Source: an uncultured Chlamydiae bacterium
GTDB taxonomy: Bacteria; Chlamydiota; Chlamydiia; Chlamydiales; Parachlamydiaceae
DNA length: 64,000 nucleotides
Reading direction: 5' to 3'
Assembly (NCBI GenBank): GCA_963754655.1
Contig: CAVWGN010000001.1
Coordinates: 1,856,001-1,920,000 of the forward strand
Shown here: in pieces, positions 42,095 to 52,246 of the stretch
How the letters are laid out: each line of letters starts with the position of its first letter
How positions within the stretch are numbered: the first letter of the stretch is position 1
The notes under the pieces: model-generated
Seen by the model: only the letters and a program-made list of their open reading frames with translations
Database searches by the model: none
What the model was told of the DNA's origin: nothing
Translations under genes and position numbers: made by a program

Positions 42095-42305
42095 CTGGGT
42101 TAGATTGACCCTCGTCATGTAGTCTGAAGGACTACAAGAGAATCATCTGTCCCAAACATGTTTTTATCAAACGCAATTCCCATTTGTTTTATTTAGTTAG
42201 CGGATTTCTAAAAAATATGAAATTGAGTTTGATTAAAACATGTTTGGGATGAGATGATTCTCTTGTAGTCCTTCAGACTACATGACGAGGACTAATCTAC
42301 CCCAG
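42095..42305. repeat. Inner palindrome of the REPIN-like element, carrying inverted IS200-like tnpA 3'-end remnants
   Basis: CATGTAGTCTGAAGGACTACAAGAGAATCATCT...CCCAAACATG and its inverted copy; 42205-42250 reads about FLK(K)YEIEFD*KHVWD with frameshifts. Confidence 0.75.
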
Positions 42306-42314
42306 GGCGATGCC

Positions 42315-42455
42315 CTTGTCATTACCCAAATTTTTTAAAAATTTATTATTTTCATTAACTTTGCACCTTCTACAAGCTCTATAAGCCTACTCATGCCGAG
42401 CCAAAGGGTCTTTAACCCCGGCATTCCATCACTTTTTCTGTTAAGGTGACTTCTA
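42315..42455 (-). mobile_element. Partial IS4 copy (one end only)
   Basis: TIR plus about 120 bp of transposase 3' end; preceded by GGCGATGCC (42306-42314). Confidence 0.85.
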
Positions 42456-42571
42456 CTGCCAATAATTTAAGTAACATTTATCAAAATTTTAATTTCGCTG
42501 TCTTACGTCTGTAAATGAAGGTAAGCTGATTCTCATTCATAGATAATGAGACAATGCCTTAAAAATGCTGA

Positions 42572-43873
42572 CTATAAAATGATGTGTAAACGATTCCTAA
42601 AAAAGTCTCTTAATTGATTACACCCTTGATTGGTTATATTACAAAAACTTAAGTTTAAAGATTGCAAAGAGGTCAAATCCTTTAAATGCGCAAGTCCTTG
42701 ATCGGTTAGCTTCGTCTGTCTTAAATCTAAAGATTGCAAAGAATTCAAATTCTTTAAATGCGCAAGCCCTTGATTGGTTATATTACAAAAACTTAAGTTT
42801 AAAGATTGCAAAGAGGTCAAATCCTTTAAATGCGCAAGCCCTTGATCGGTTATATCACAAAAACTTAAGTTTAAAGATTGCAAAGAGGTCAAATCCTTTA
42901 AATGCGCAAGCCCTTGATCGGTTATATCACAAGAACATAAGTCTAAAGATTGCAAAGAATTCAAATTCTTTAAATGCGCAAGCCCTTGATCGGTTAGCTT
43001 CGTATGTCTTAAATCTAAAGATTGCAAAGAATTCAAATTCTTTAAATGCGCAAACCCTTGATCGGTTATCTTCTTGCATCCACTTAAATTTAAAGATTGC
43101 AAAGAGGTCAAATTCTTTAAATGCGTAAGCCCTTGATCGGTGATCTGCTGACAATTTTTTAAATTAAGAGAAGTAAGATGAGTCAAGTTTTGGCTCAGTT
43201 TTTTAAGACCTGTATCTGTGATATTGCTATTAATTAAATCTAGACTTTCACAATTGCGGCAATGCTTAAGAACAAGTTGCAGATTAGACTGAGAAGGTTT
43301 TATAAGGGTTAAATTTTGAATCAAACCTCCAATCTGTGCATTCAATACTTGATTGAATGAAGAAAGACGATGGAGGTTAGCTTCGAAAAGCAAGGCGGTA
43401 ATGGGAGGATGAGAAGGAACAGATTTTAAGCTTTTGCAGACGGAACCTATTCCTTGTCTGCTATGAAAAATAATATTTTGCCAAATATCCAAAGGAAGAG
43501 TGTCAAGTGTCAAAAGAGATTCTCCTTCAGTAGCTTTTTTAATTTGAGAATTATCTTGAGACAAAAATTCTTCTTCATCTTCAGCAGAAAAATCTATCTC
43601 GTGTTGATCAACAAAGAGACTCCCAAGATCTGAATCTTGGTTGTGAATGCGATCTGAATCTTGAATGGAATCTGGGTCTTGAATAGGATTGAAAAGTTCT
43701 TTTGCTTTAAAATAAGAAGAGCAATAGGAAAAAGCAGCATAACAAGCTGCTAACAAACCTAAAGCTACAGAGACAATAATTAAAATTTTTTTATTTTGAC
43801 TCGTTAAAGTCGACTTAAACTTATCTATAAGCAAAATAGGACAAAAAGAATTAAAAGCCGGAAAATTAAACAA
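42572..43873 (-). CDS. F-box-like + LRR protein with N-terminal TM segment (Protochlamydia-type effector)
   Basis: TM ILIIVSVALGLLAACYAAF; LDTLPLDIWQNII..VCKSL; 24-25-aa repeats ITDQGLAHLKxLxSLQSLxL. Confidence 0.85.
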   Translation of the reverse strand: MFNFPAFNSFCPILLIDKFKSTLTSQNKKILIIVSVALGLLAACYAAFSYCSSYFKAKELFNPIQDPDSIQDSDRIHNQDSDLGSLFVDQHEIDFSAEDEEEFLSQDNSQIKKATEGESLLTLDTLPLDIWQNIIFHSRQGIGSVCKSLKSVPSHPPITALLFEANLHRLSSFNQVLNAQIGGLIQNLTLIKPSQSNLQLVLKHCRNCESLDLINSNITDTGLKKLSQNLTHLTSLNLKNCQQITDQGLTHLKNLTSLQSLNLSGCKKITDQGFAHLKNLNSLQSLDLRHTKLTDQGLAHLKNLNSLQSLDLCSCDITDQGLAHLKDLTSLQSLNLSFCDITDQGLAHLKDLTSLQSLNLSFCNITNQGLAHLKNLNSLQSLDLRQTKLTDQGLAHLKDLTSLQSLNLSFCNITNQGCNQLRDFFRNRLHIIL

Positions 43874-43998
43874 AATATTACTCCTAATTTATTAATTCTA
43901 TGAATTATAATCCTAAAATCAGTTTAAGTTCAATATTTACACATTATCTGGATGCCTTAGCAGCATGATGATTAAGCTGCTGTACTCGTGCCAACTTC

Positions 43999-44071
43999 AC
44001 CTTTCAAGATGAATATCGTAGATTTCTAAAAAAAATATGAGGTTGTGTTTGATGAAAAATATGTTTGGAAT
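43999..44071 (+). pseudogene. 3'-end remnant of IS200/IS605 (Y1/RAYT-like) tnpA
   Basis: TFQDEYRRFLKK(+A)YEVVFDEKYVWN, matching the typical IS200 TnpA C-terminus; followed by the REP arm. Confidence 0.65.
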
Positions 44072-44122
44072 TCGGTGATTCTCTTGTAGTCCTTCAGACT
44101 ACATGAGGATAGGAAATATGCC

Positions 44123-46453
44123 CTTGTCATTACCCAAATTTTTCAAAAATTTATTATTTTCATTAACTTTGCACCTTCTACAAGATCTATAAGCCTACTC
44201 ATGCCAAGCCAAAGGGTCTTTAATCCCGGCATTCCATCACTTTTTCTGTTAATGTGACCTCCTAGCTTCCCGATCGCTAGCGCTACACATTTAACCGTCT
44301 TTATCTTCCTTTTAAGATAGGTTTCAAGGACTTTTATTTCAAATTGACTAAGTCCGCTTTCTTTTGCGTCGCCATCAGGATTAGTCCTTAAAGATTCTCT
44401 GAGATCTACTAGGGAGCGTACCTAAAAGATTTAAAATAATAACTCTTATGATTTATAATTTTCTGTGATAAAACAAGGGGGAAATTTGAATGAGTAGGAT
44501 AGTATTAACTAATGAAAGATGGATAAAAATAAAACCTTTATTGCCAAAAGAACGAGGATATTGGGGCAGACCAAGTCGGCCTCATCGTAAGATTTTAGAA
44601 GGCATTATTTGGATTTTAAGAACAGGAGCCGCTTGGAGGGATCTACCACCCAAGTATGGTCCTTGGAGCACATGTTATAATCGCTTTAATCGATGGACAA
44701 AGGCTGGAATCTGGCAAACGATTTGGCAAGCTTTAAAAGATGAAATTGACGAAGAAAATTACTCTGTAGACAGCTCAATTGTTGAAGCGCATCAAGATGC
44801 TTGTAGGATAAAAAAAAAGCCGAAGAAGCCATGGGAAAATCAAGGGCCGGAACAACCACAAAAATTCATGCAGTAACAGATGGATTAGGTCGTTGTATTG
44901 ATTTTATCTTGACAGAAGGTCAAGTACACGAGAGCACTCAAATGAAGCTTTTACTCAGTGGAAAAAATCCACAAAATGTTATAGCTGATAAAGCTTACGA
45001 CTCAAATGAAATCAGAAATTTTATAGAAAAGATGGGAAGTCAAGCTGTCATACCCAGCAAAGTATCAAGAGCTGAACTAATTGAACATGATAAACATATC
45101 TACAGAGAGCGTTGCTTGGTAGAAAATTTTTTTCAGTTTATAAAACGATTTAGGCGTATTGGAATAAGATACGAAATGAAAGCTCAAAATTATGCAGGAA
45201 TGTTGACGATCGCTTGTATTATACAATGGTTAATCTTTTAGGTACGCTCCCTAATCTAAGTGCAACAATACTCATAATCGCAACTGCAGCAAAAAGTCTA
45301 TGAGCATTTTCTAATTGAAGATCTTCGGCTCTTAATCCACTTTTAAGAGTTTTATGAAAATCTTCTATCATCCAACGTAGCGAATAATATTTTACAATAA
45401 GATATGCAGATTCAATATTATTTATGCTTAAAGAAGTATATAAAAACCATTCAATCGTACTGCCATCCTCGGGATCAACGCCCCAAACATGTACTACAGT
45501 CACTTGCAGCGCGGGTAATTCCCCAATACTATAACCGGGCCTTGCAGGAGCCCGTAGGGATACTTCTTGCCAATTTACATTCAATGAAATCGTTCTTTTT
45601 GTTGTTCCATTTCTTCCTCTGCGCTCAATTGTAGTAGCTCCTATTGGGGGTAATTCTCTTAATGTTTCAAACAAACGAATTTCCTAATCGTTATTATCTA
45701 CACGATCATGCTTGACTCGGATGATATAATCATATCCAGATGCCTGAGTATCCTGAAGAACTTCGTAAATATCTGCATTGCGATCACAGACTCTAATCAA
45801 TCTATTTTGATTACTCTTTGGAGCCTGGTTTTTAAGCATCTTTGACCACAAATCTGTCTCGAGCCCTTGTTGTCCGTTTCCTCGTTTATGGGTCTTCTCT
45901 CTTTAGGAGGACGCACATAATATTGTTGAGAGGGCAAACCTAAAATTTTTACACAGGGATCTTTTGAAGAGGTTTTGTTCCTTATTCCTAAAGCAATAGT
46001 AGAATGCAAAATAAATCCTTGATCCCCTTTTCTGCCAGAGCCTACAGGACCCAAACCTTCAATTAGTTCTTGTCCATTCCATTCAAATTCTGAACTATCT
46101 TCGATAAGTAAGATATCGCCATGCCAATTTAACATGTTTTGTGTTGCTAAAGCCCGATGGTTTGATTGAATGGTATCAGGTGTCATAACATTTTGATCAA
46201 GAAGATTATAGGGTGCTTTAATATCATACCACTTTGTATAAAGAGAGGAAAAAAATTGTCCTGGATGCATAGCTAGTTTTGTTGCCATATCAACTAATCT
46301 CCGCGTCCTCCTTTTATCAAATAGCTGAACTTTCCCAAAGTTTTTATAAGCCCACATGCCTGTATCAAATTCATATCGTGTTGTATGCATAAATATCTCC
46401 TTTGTTGAAACATCTATTATACAACAAACTTGAAAAATTTGGGTAATGACAAG
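44123..46453 (-). mobile_element. IS4-family copy 2, inactivated
   Basis: Same TIRs; frameshift near 45900, TGG to TAG near 45685, IS5 inserted at 44412; followed by GGCGATGCC. Confidence 0.95.
44412..45251 (+). mobile_element. IS5-family (IS427-like) element, two overlapping ORFs 44490..44876 and 44831..45241
   Basis: TIR GGGAGCGTACCTAAAAGATT; TA duplication; WILRTGAAWRDLP, VDSS, ADKAYDS, ERCLVENFF; A-run slippery site near 44810. Confidence 0.95.
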
Positions 46454-46465
46454 GGCGATGCCCTG

Positions 46466-48316
46466 GGCTGGGATGAGAAAACAAAAAAATATTTAACAAC
46501 TAATTATTAGAACGCTTTTCCTCCTATTTTAAATTCGCTTGGCTTTTTAAAAAGAGGCTTTTATAATTGATTGCTCAAAATTAGATGAGGCATAAAATGG
46601 ATTCAAAAAGCACTCAAAAGCATGAGCGTCCTTCAGATATACGTAAACAAGTGAAGCATTACCAGGAAAGTCGCGATGAATGGAAGCAAAGAAACGCAGA
46701 AAAAAGAACTAAGATTCAAGCTCTAATGACTGATAAGAAACGATTAGGAGAAAGGCTACAAAAGGAACAAGATAATGTCTTGGCATTAAACAAACAGATA
46801 AAATGCCTTCAGTCGAGATTAGAAGAGGTAGAAGAGAAAAGTAAAATCAAAGATAAGCAAATTGATGAATTAAAAAAAAACTTGTGCAATAATTGAGCAA
46901 GAAATTAGCAACAATCGAAGGGTCGCTCGACATCAATATCCTATATTATTTATATTTTTTGTGATTTCACTTGCATTAGCTGCAATAGCATTTAGAGCGA
47001 TTCAGCGAATTTTCATCTCCATGCAGAGTTGTAACATTCCAATATTTAAATATTTCAATTTCCAGCCTTCATGGAAAAGCGTCGAATTGTGGTTTTTACG
47101 ATATGGGCTTTACAAGCTTATAAAGGCTAAGGAAAAGGCTTCAGATTGGATTATCCTTGTTGATTTTAAAGTTCAAGCTGGTTACCAAAAGTGCTTAATA
47201 GTTCTTGGAGTTCAATTAAGTACATTACAAAGTAAGTTTGAAAAAAGGGGCAGCTTTGATATTCATCATGAAGATTTCCAACCACTAGCGCTACAACCCA
47301 TGAATTCATCAACTGGTGAAAAAGTTGCGCATGTTTTAGAAGAAATATCGGAAAAAATTGGCCCATTTCTGCAGATAGTGGCAGATCATGGCAGTGATGT
47401 AAATAAAGGTGTAAGACTATATTGCCAAAACCATGAAAAAACAATAAACACCTATGATGTGGTCCATAAACTAGCAATTCTATTAAAAAAGGAACTGGAA
47501 AAAGATGATACTTGGAAACACATAATTCAATTGATTACAGATACAAAACAAAAGACAAAACAGAGTCCAGAGGCTTTTTTGAGCCCTCCCAAACAAAGAG
47601 AAAAAGCGCGATTCATGAATGCTGATATTTTAATTGATTGGCTACAAGATATTTTAAACCTTCTTCAAATGCAAGAGACGATTCCCCATTTAGATATAAA
47701 TAGATTAAAAGATAAAGCTGGTTGGATAGTTGATTTCGAAGAAGTCATTGAAAAATATGCTCAGATGATAGAAATCATTCGTTTGGCAAGGCATTTAGTA
47801 AGAACTGAAGGTCTTCATAGACGAAGCTATGCGACTTTTTTTCTTAAAGCAAGACTTCACTTTAGAAGTTTGAAACCAGAAGCACTACATTTGGCAAAAG
47901 AGATTTTTTATTTTTTGAAACAGGAAGGTAGAGTGCTATCCAAGGGACAGGTGTTAGTGGGAAGCAGCGAAGGAATAGAGTCTTTGATAGGAAGACAGAA
48001 AATAATAGTAGAGAGAACCAAAGCGACATCTAGTATAACTAAAAGTATCCTAAGTCTTGCAGGAATGGTTGGGGAAAATAATTGTGATATCTTACAAGAG
48101 GCTTTAGAAACGGTGTCAGTCGAAATGTTGGAGGAATGGGAAGAAACATGGATTGGCAAAACGGATTTAGCAAAACGAAAAGAAGTTTTGAGTTTGGGCA
48201 AAGTAAATTCAGATGTCATTGAACTTACTATAAAATCAAATAAATTGGAACCAGAACCGTTAGCGATTTTAGCTGTGTAAAAATCGGTTTTTAGCCCTCG
48301 TTTTCTCATCCCAGCC
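46466..48316 (+). mobile_element. Unclassified IS with DDE-like transposase (ORFs 46585..46896 and 46961..48280)
   Basis: 17-bp TIR GGCTGGGATGAGAAAAC / GTTTTCTCATCCCAGCC; CTG duplication; ILVDF, VADHGSD, SSEGIESLIG motifs; A9 run at ORF junction. Confidence 0.8.
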
Positions 48317-48610
48317 CTGGGCTATTTTCTTTGAAGCCTTTCAGGCTATTAAACAAATCGTGCTATTGGTTATTTAAAGATATCACTGATTCTTTAACCT
48401 CACTTACGTAAGGTGACTAAATCATTCATGAGCAAAAATATCCGCCGCTTCCTATTCTCGCTTCTCATATCTGGCATAAAACGTTCATGAGCAAAATATG
48501 TAGCCAGTGCTTGCAATTTATCCTATATTAAACACGATCTTTAATATTTTCAGAAACTCGTGCTCTAACTTTTCTCAGTAAGGCTTTTTTTAAAGAAATC
48601 AGCGCTTGAA

Positions 48611-50396
48611 TTAACTTGCTATAAGATTGTAGCAGCCGGTTGAGTCAAACTTTTTAAGCTTTTGGGAAGCTTGTCCAACGAGGCTATATTAGTGTATCCT
48701 ACATTAAGCTTTTCTAGCTTTGAAAAAGACTCATCAAGCTTTTGAAAGGATTCTGCCGTAAGAGACTCGCATCTCTCTAAGTCAAGCTCTTTAAGCTTTT
48801 GGGGGGCTTGTCTAAGGAGGCTATGTCAGTCCCTCTTACATTAAGCTTTTCTAGCATTGAAAAGGACTCATCAAGCTTTTGAAAGGATTCTGCTGTAAGA
48901 AGCCGGCATCTGTCTAAGTCAAGCTCTTTTAAGTTTTTGGGGAGCTTGTCTAGGGAGGCTATGTGAGTCGATCCTAAATCGAGATTTTCTAGCTTTGAAA
49001 AGGACTCATCAAGCTTTTGAAAGGATTCTGCTGTAAGATAATTGCAATACCTTAAGTCAAGCTCTTTTAAGTTTTTGGGGAGCTTGTCTAGAGAGGCTAT
49101 GCGAGTCGATCTTACATTAAGCTTTTCTAGCTTTGAAAAGGACTCATCAAGCTTTTGAAAGGCTTTTGCTGTAAGAGACTCGCCGCCGCATCCCATTAAG
49201 TCAAGCTCTTTTAAGTTTTTGGGGAGCTTGTCTAGGGAGGCTATGCGAGTCGAGCCTACATTAAGCTTTTCTAGCTTTGAAAAGGACTCATCAAGCTTTT
49301 GAAAGGACTTTGCTGTAAGAGACTTGCATACCCTTAAGTCAAGCTCTTTTAAGCTTTTGGGGAGCTTGTCTAGGGAGGCTATGCGAGTCGATCTTACATT
49401 AAGCTTTTCTAGCCTTGAAAAAGACTCATCAAGCTTTTGAAAGGATTCTGCTGTAAGAGACTTGCATTCGGCTAAGTCAAGCTCTTTTAAGCTTTTGGGG
49501 AGCTTGTCTAGGGAGGCTATGCGAGTCGAGCCTACATTAAGCTTTTCTAGCATTGGAAAAGACTCATCAAGCTTTTGAAAGGATTCTGCTGTAAGAGTGC
49601 ATCTCTTTAAGTCAAGCTCTTTTAAGTTGTTGGGGAGCTTGTCTAGGGAGGCTATGTAAGTCCTTCTTACATTAAGCTTTTCTAGCTTTGGAAAAGACTC
49701 ATCAAGCTTCTGAAAAGCTTCTGCTGTAAGATAATAGCAGCGCGCTAAGTTAAGCTCTTTTAAGCTTTTGGGGAGCTTGTCTAGGGATGCTATGTCAGTC
49801 GATTCTACACTAAGCTTTTCTAGGTTTGAAAAAGAGGATAAATCTAATTTCTCTATTGGAGTAGTGCCTGATAAAGTCAGAGATCGAAGATTGGGACAGG
49901 CTTGTTGTAATCTTCTGAGTTTTTCATTATCTAAGCTTGTAAAATCAGGAAGATCGAGTGTATTGATTTCTTCTCCAAATTGCAGGGCAGCCTCAAATGT
50001 TTGCTCAGGAGAAGGGTTACTATCTAACAACTCAAAAGCTATTACTTTTCCCATCATTTGTGAATAGATGTCCATTGAACCCGCTGCCTCAAGCAGCTCA
50101 GGGTAGCGAATATCATGTGGAGAAGGATTGTCTAAATACTGCATGATTTGCTTCCAAAGATTTTGATCTTCGGGTTGAATCTTAAGTTGTTGAAGTAAGT
50201 TTTTAACTTCCTGTGCAGTTTCTTGTGAAGGCAAAGAAAAGGCTGCTTGTCTTAAAAAATCTTGAATAATAAGATTAATTTTTTTTAAATTTTTCGTTTT
50301 ATCTGAAGAAACCTTTTCATTATTATAAGTGTTGATTAATTCCTTAAAAGAAACTTCGATAGACGAAGGTAAATGGTAAGAATGATTCGGATCCAT
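48611..50396 (-). pseudogene. Variable LRR protein, array copy 2 (ORF ends 48777 by frameshift; homologous end at 48611)
   Basis: Single-T deletions near 48790 and 48651 relative to copies 1 and 5; may be real or homopolymer errors. Confidence 0.8.
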
Positions 50397-50719
50397 ATTT
50401 TCTTCTCTCTTTTGATTATGATTAAAAATTTAATAAAATAATTAATAAATAATTTATTATGTTTACAAATGCTATTATACAAACTATTTTAATTTTTAAG
50501 CGAGTATTAAAAACAATTTTTATTTAGTTGACATTTGTATTAGATTTATTTTCAACTTGAGATTGATTTAATATCAAATGAATTTAGTAAAAAAATTTGA
50601 TTTGATATTAAATCTATGGAAACAGTTTTTCCTTCAAAAATATTTAACTAAATCGATCATAAAAATGAATAAAAACAAAAAATCCTGCCTTTTGTTGGCA
50701 TGAAGATGATCCGAATTGC

Positions 50720-51011
50720 CAGGGTGTTTTTACTAAACATATTTGACACTTGCAGCCCTTTAGGCTGCATGACACAACCCGCTCATAACCGAGGCGTTGT
50801 TCTAGTCTATTGCACTTACAGCCTTTCAGGCTGATAAAGAACCTCAGCTATAATATTAGACCACAAGTCTAAAAGTACAATAGGAAATTCCCTGCATTAG
50901 CCTGAAGGGCTTTAAGTGCAATAGACCATGGTAAAGCCCTTGTTATAAGTGGTTTATGTCATGCAGCCTGAAGGGCTGCAAGTATCAAATATGTTTAGTA
51001 AAAACACCCTG
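50720..51011. repeat. REPIN-like palindrome family B (unit 2)
   Basis: CAGGGTGTTTTTACTAAACATA...TATGTTTAGTAAAAACACCCTG. Confidence 0.85.
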
Positions 51012-51024
51012 ATTGAATTGCTTT

Positions 51025-51519
51025 TTATTGAATTTCTTGAAAGAAATCTTTGATCTTTGCTTCACATTCTTCTTTTGACATATATCCTACAAGGCGAGAA
51101 ACAACCTTTCCTTTATACATTAAGATAGTTGTCGGATAGGCTTTGACCTTTAAAAAGTTGACTAATAACGTCTCTTCATCAGCATCAATTTTAGCAAATT
51201 GGCATTCTTTCTTATATTTTTCATGTAATGTTTCAAAAATGGGAGCAAAATATCTACAAGGACGACACCAGTCTGCATAGACATCAATAATGAAGACCTT
51301 ATCTGATTGTTCAACTTCTTCATGAAAATTATTTTTGGTGAATTGAATAATTTCCAAAGCTTTTTGGAACTATCTCTTTCTCTTAAACTTTCATAGCCAA
51401 TTTGAAGATGATCCTGAAATTTGACCTCAGACACTTTAACGCTTTTTTGAACGATAGAATTTAATAAATCATCCATGACTTGCACATTCCGCTTTGGTAA
51501 TGGAAAAAGAGTGCTTCAT
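51025..51519 (-). pseudogene. Thioredoxin (WCRPC) with frameshifted N-terminal extension
   Basis: Trx domain 51025..51357 intact (TTG start); upstream SD+ATG at 51519 disconnected by indels. Confidence 0.75.
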
Positions 51520-51661
51520 ATCCTTTATTTTTCACAATAATCAAAGCCTAAAGTAGTATTATTTATTTGAATATTAAAAAGATAATGATAAAATATTTAT
51601 GTGATTAGAATTGCTATTTTTTGTACAAAATTAACACCCTAAACCCACGGTAAAGCTTCGA

Positions 51662-52240
51662 TTAAATTTTTAAATCATTTAAAATAATCTTGAATCCGTT
51701 TTCAGACCTATCAGCCATAGGATTTGTTAAAAGATCGCTTAAGTTATCCCATTTATCTGCTAATTTAATTTGAGCAGCTCCTGCTGATTTATAAGGAGCT
51801 GTCATAATTTGGAGCTTTTTGCGCTCCTCTTTAGGAAGAGTTTTATCATCTGTGACTTCTTGTATAAAAGCAGTTATTCGCTCTCCAAATAAATCTAGAA
51901 GTTCTTGATAAGAAGTTTTCAGTATCTTCCAATGTATCATGGAGTAAACCTGCGATAATGATAGAGGGATCTCGAATGCTTCCTACCGTGACCAAGTGAT
52001 GCGCGACTGAAAGAGGATGGACGACATAAGGTGTTTGTGCCTCATCTTTGCGCAGTTGCTTGTGATGTTTATGAGCAGCAAATTCGACTGCTTTTAGAAT
52101 GAGATGTACATCTTCTTCAATCCAACCTTCCCCTCTTTCATAAACAGCCATTAAAACCTTTTGAAATTGAATAGACTTTTCTTGTACCTGAAAGAGAGGA
52201 GGGCCAAAATATTCTTTCACAACCTCATCTAACCTTTTAG
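51662..52240 (-). pseudogene. HD hydrolase pseudogene (5'-deleted, frameshifted)
   Basis: Near-identical to 36705..37409; extra T near 51916; 5' end lost by deletion joining it to the LRR3 3' end. Confidence 0.9.
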
Positions 52241-52246
52241 GTTGAG

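Larger units (their letters stand above)
40485..48416. mobile_element. Composite insertion bounded by about 100-bp inverted repeats (REPIN-like element expanded by IS insertions and an LRR gene)
   Basis: 40485-40586 is the reverse complement of 48315-48416 (4 mismatches); interrupts the spacer seen intact at 37540-37580; TAAAT at both flanks. Confidence 0.75.

Noticed and set aside
48640..48800. Phase variation at T-runs in LRR copy 2
   Set aside because: The runs are only 3-6 nt; simple decay or sequencing error is equally likely without read data.
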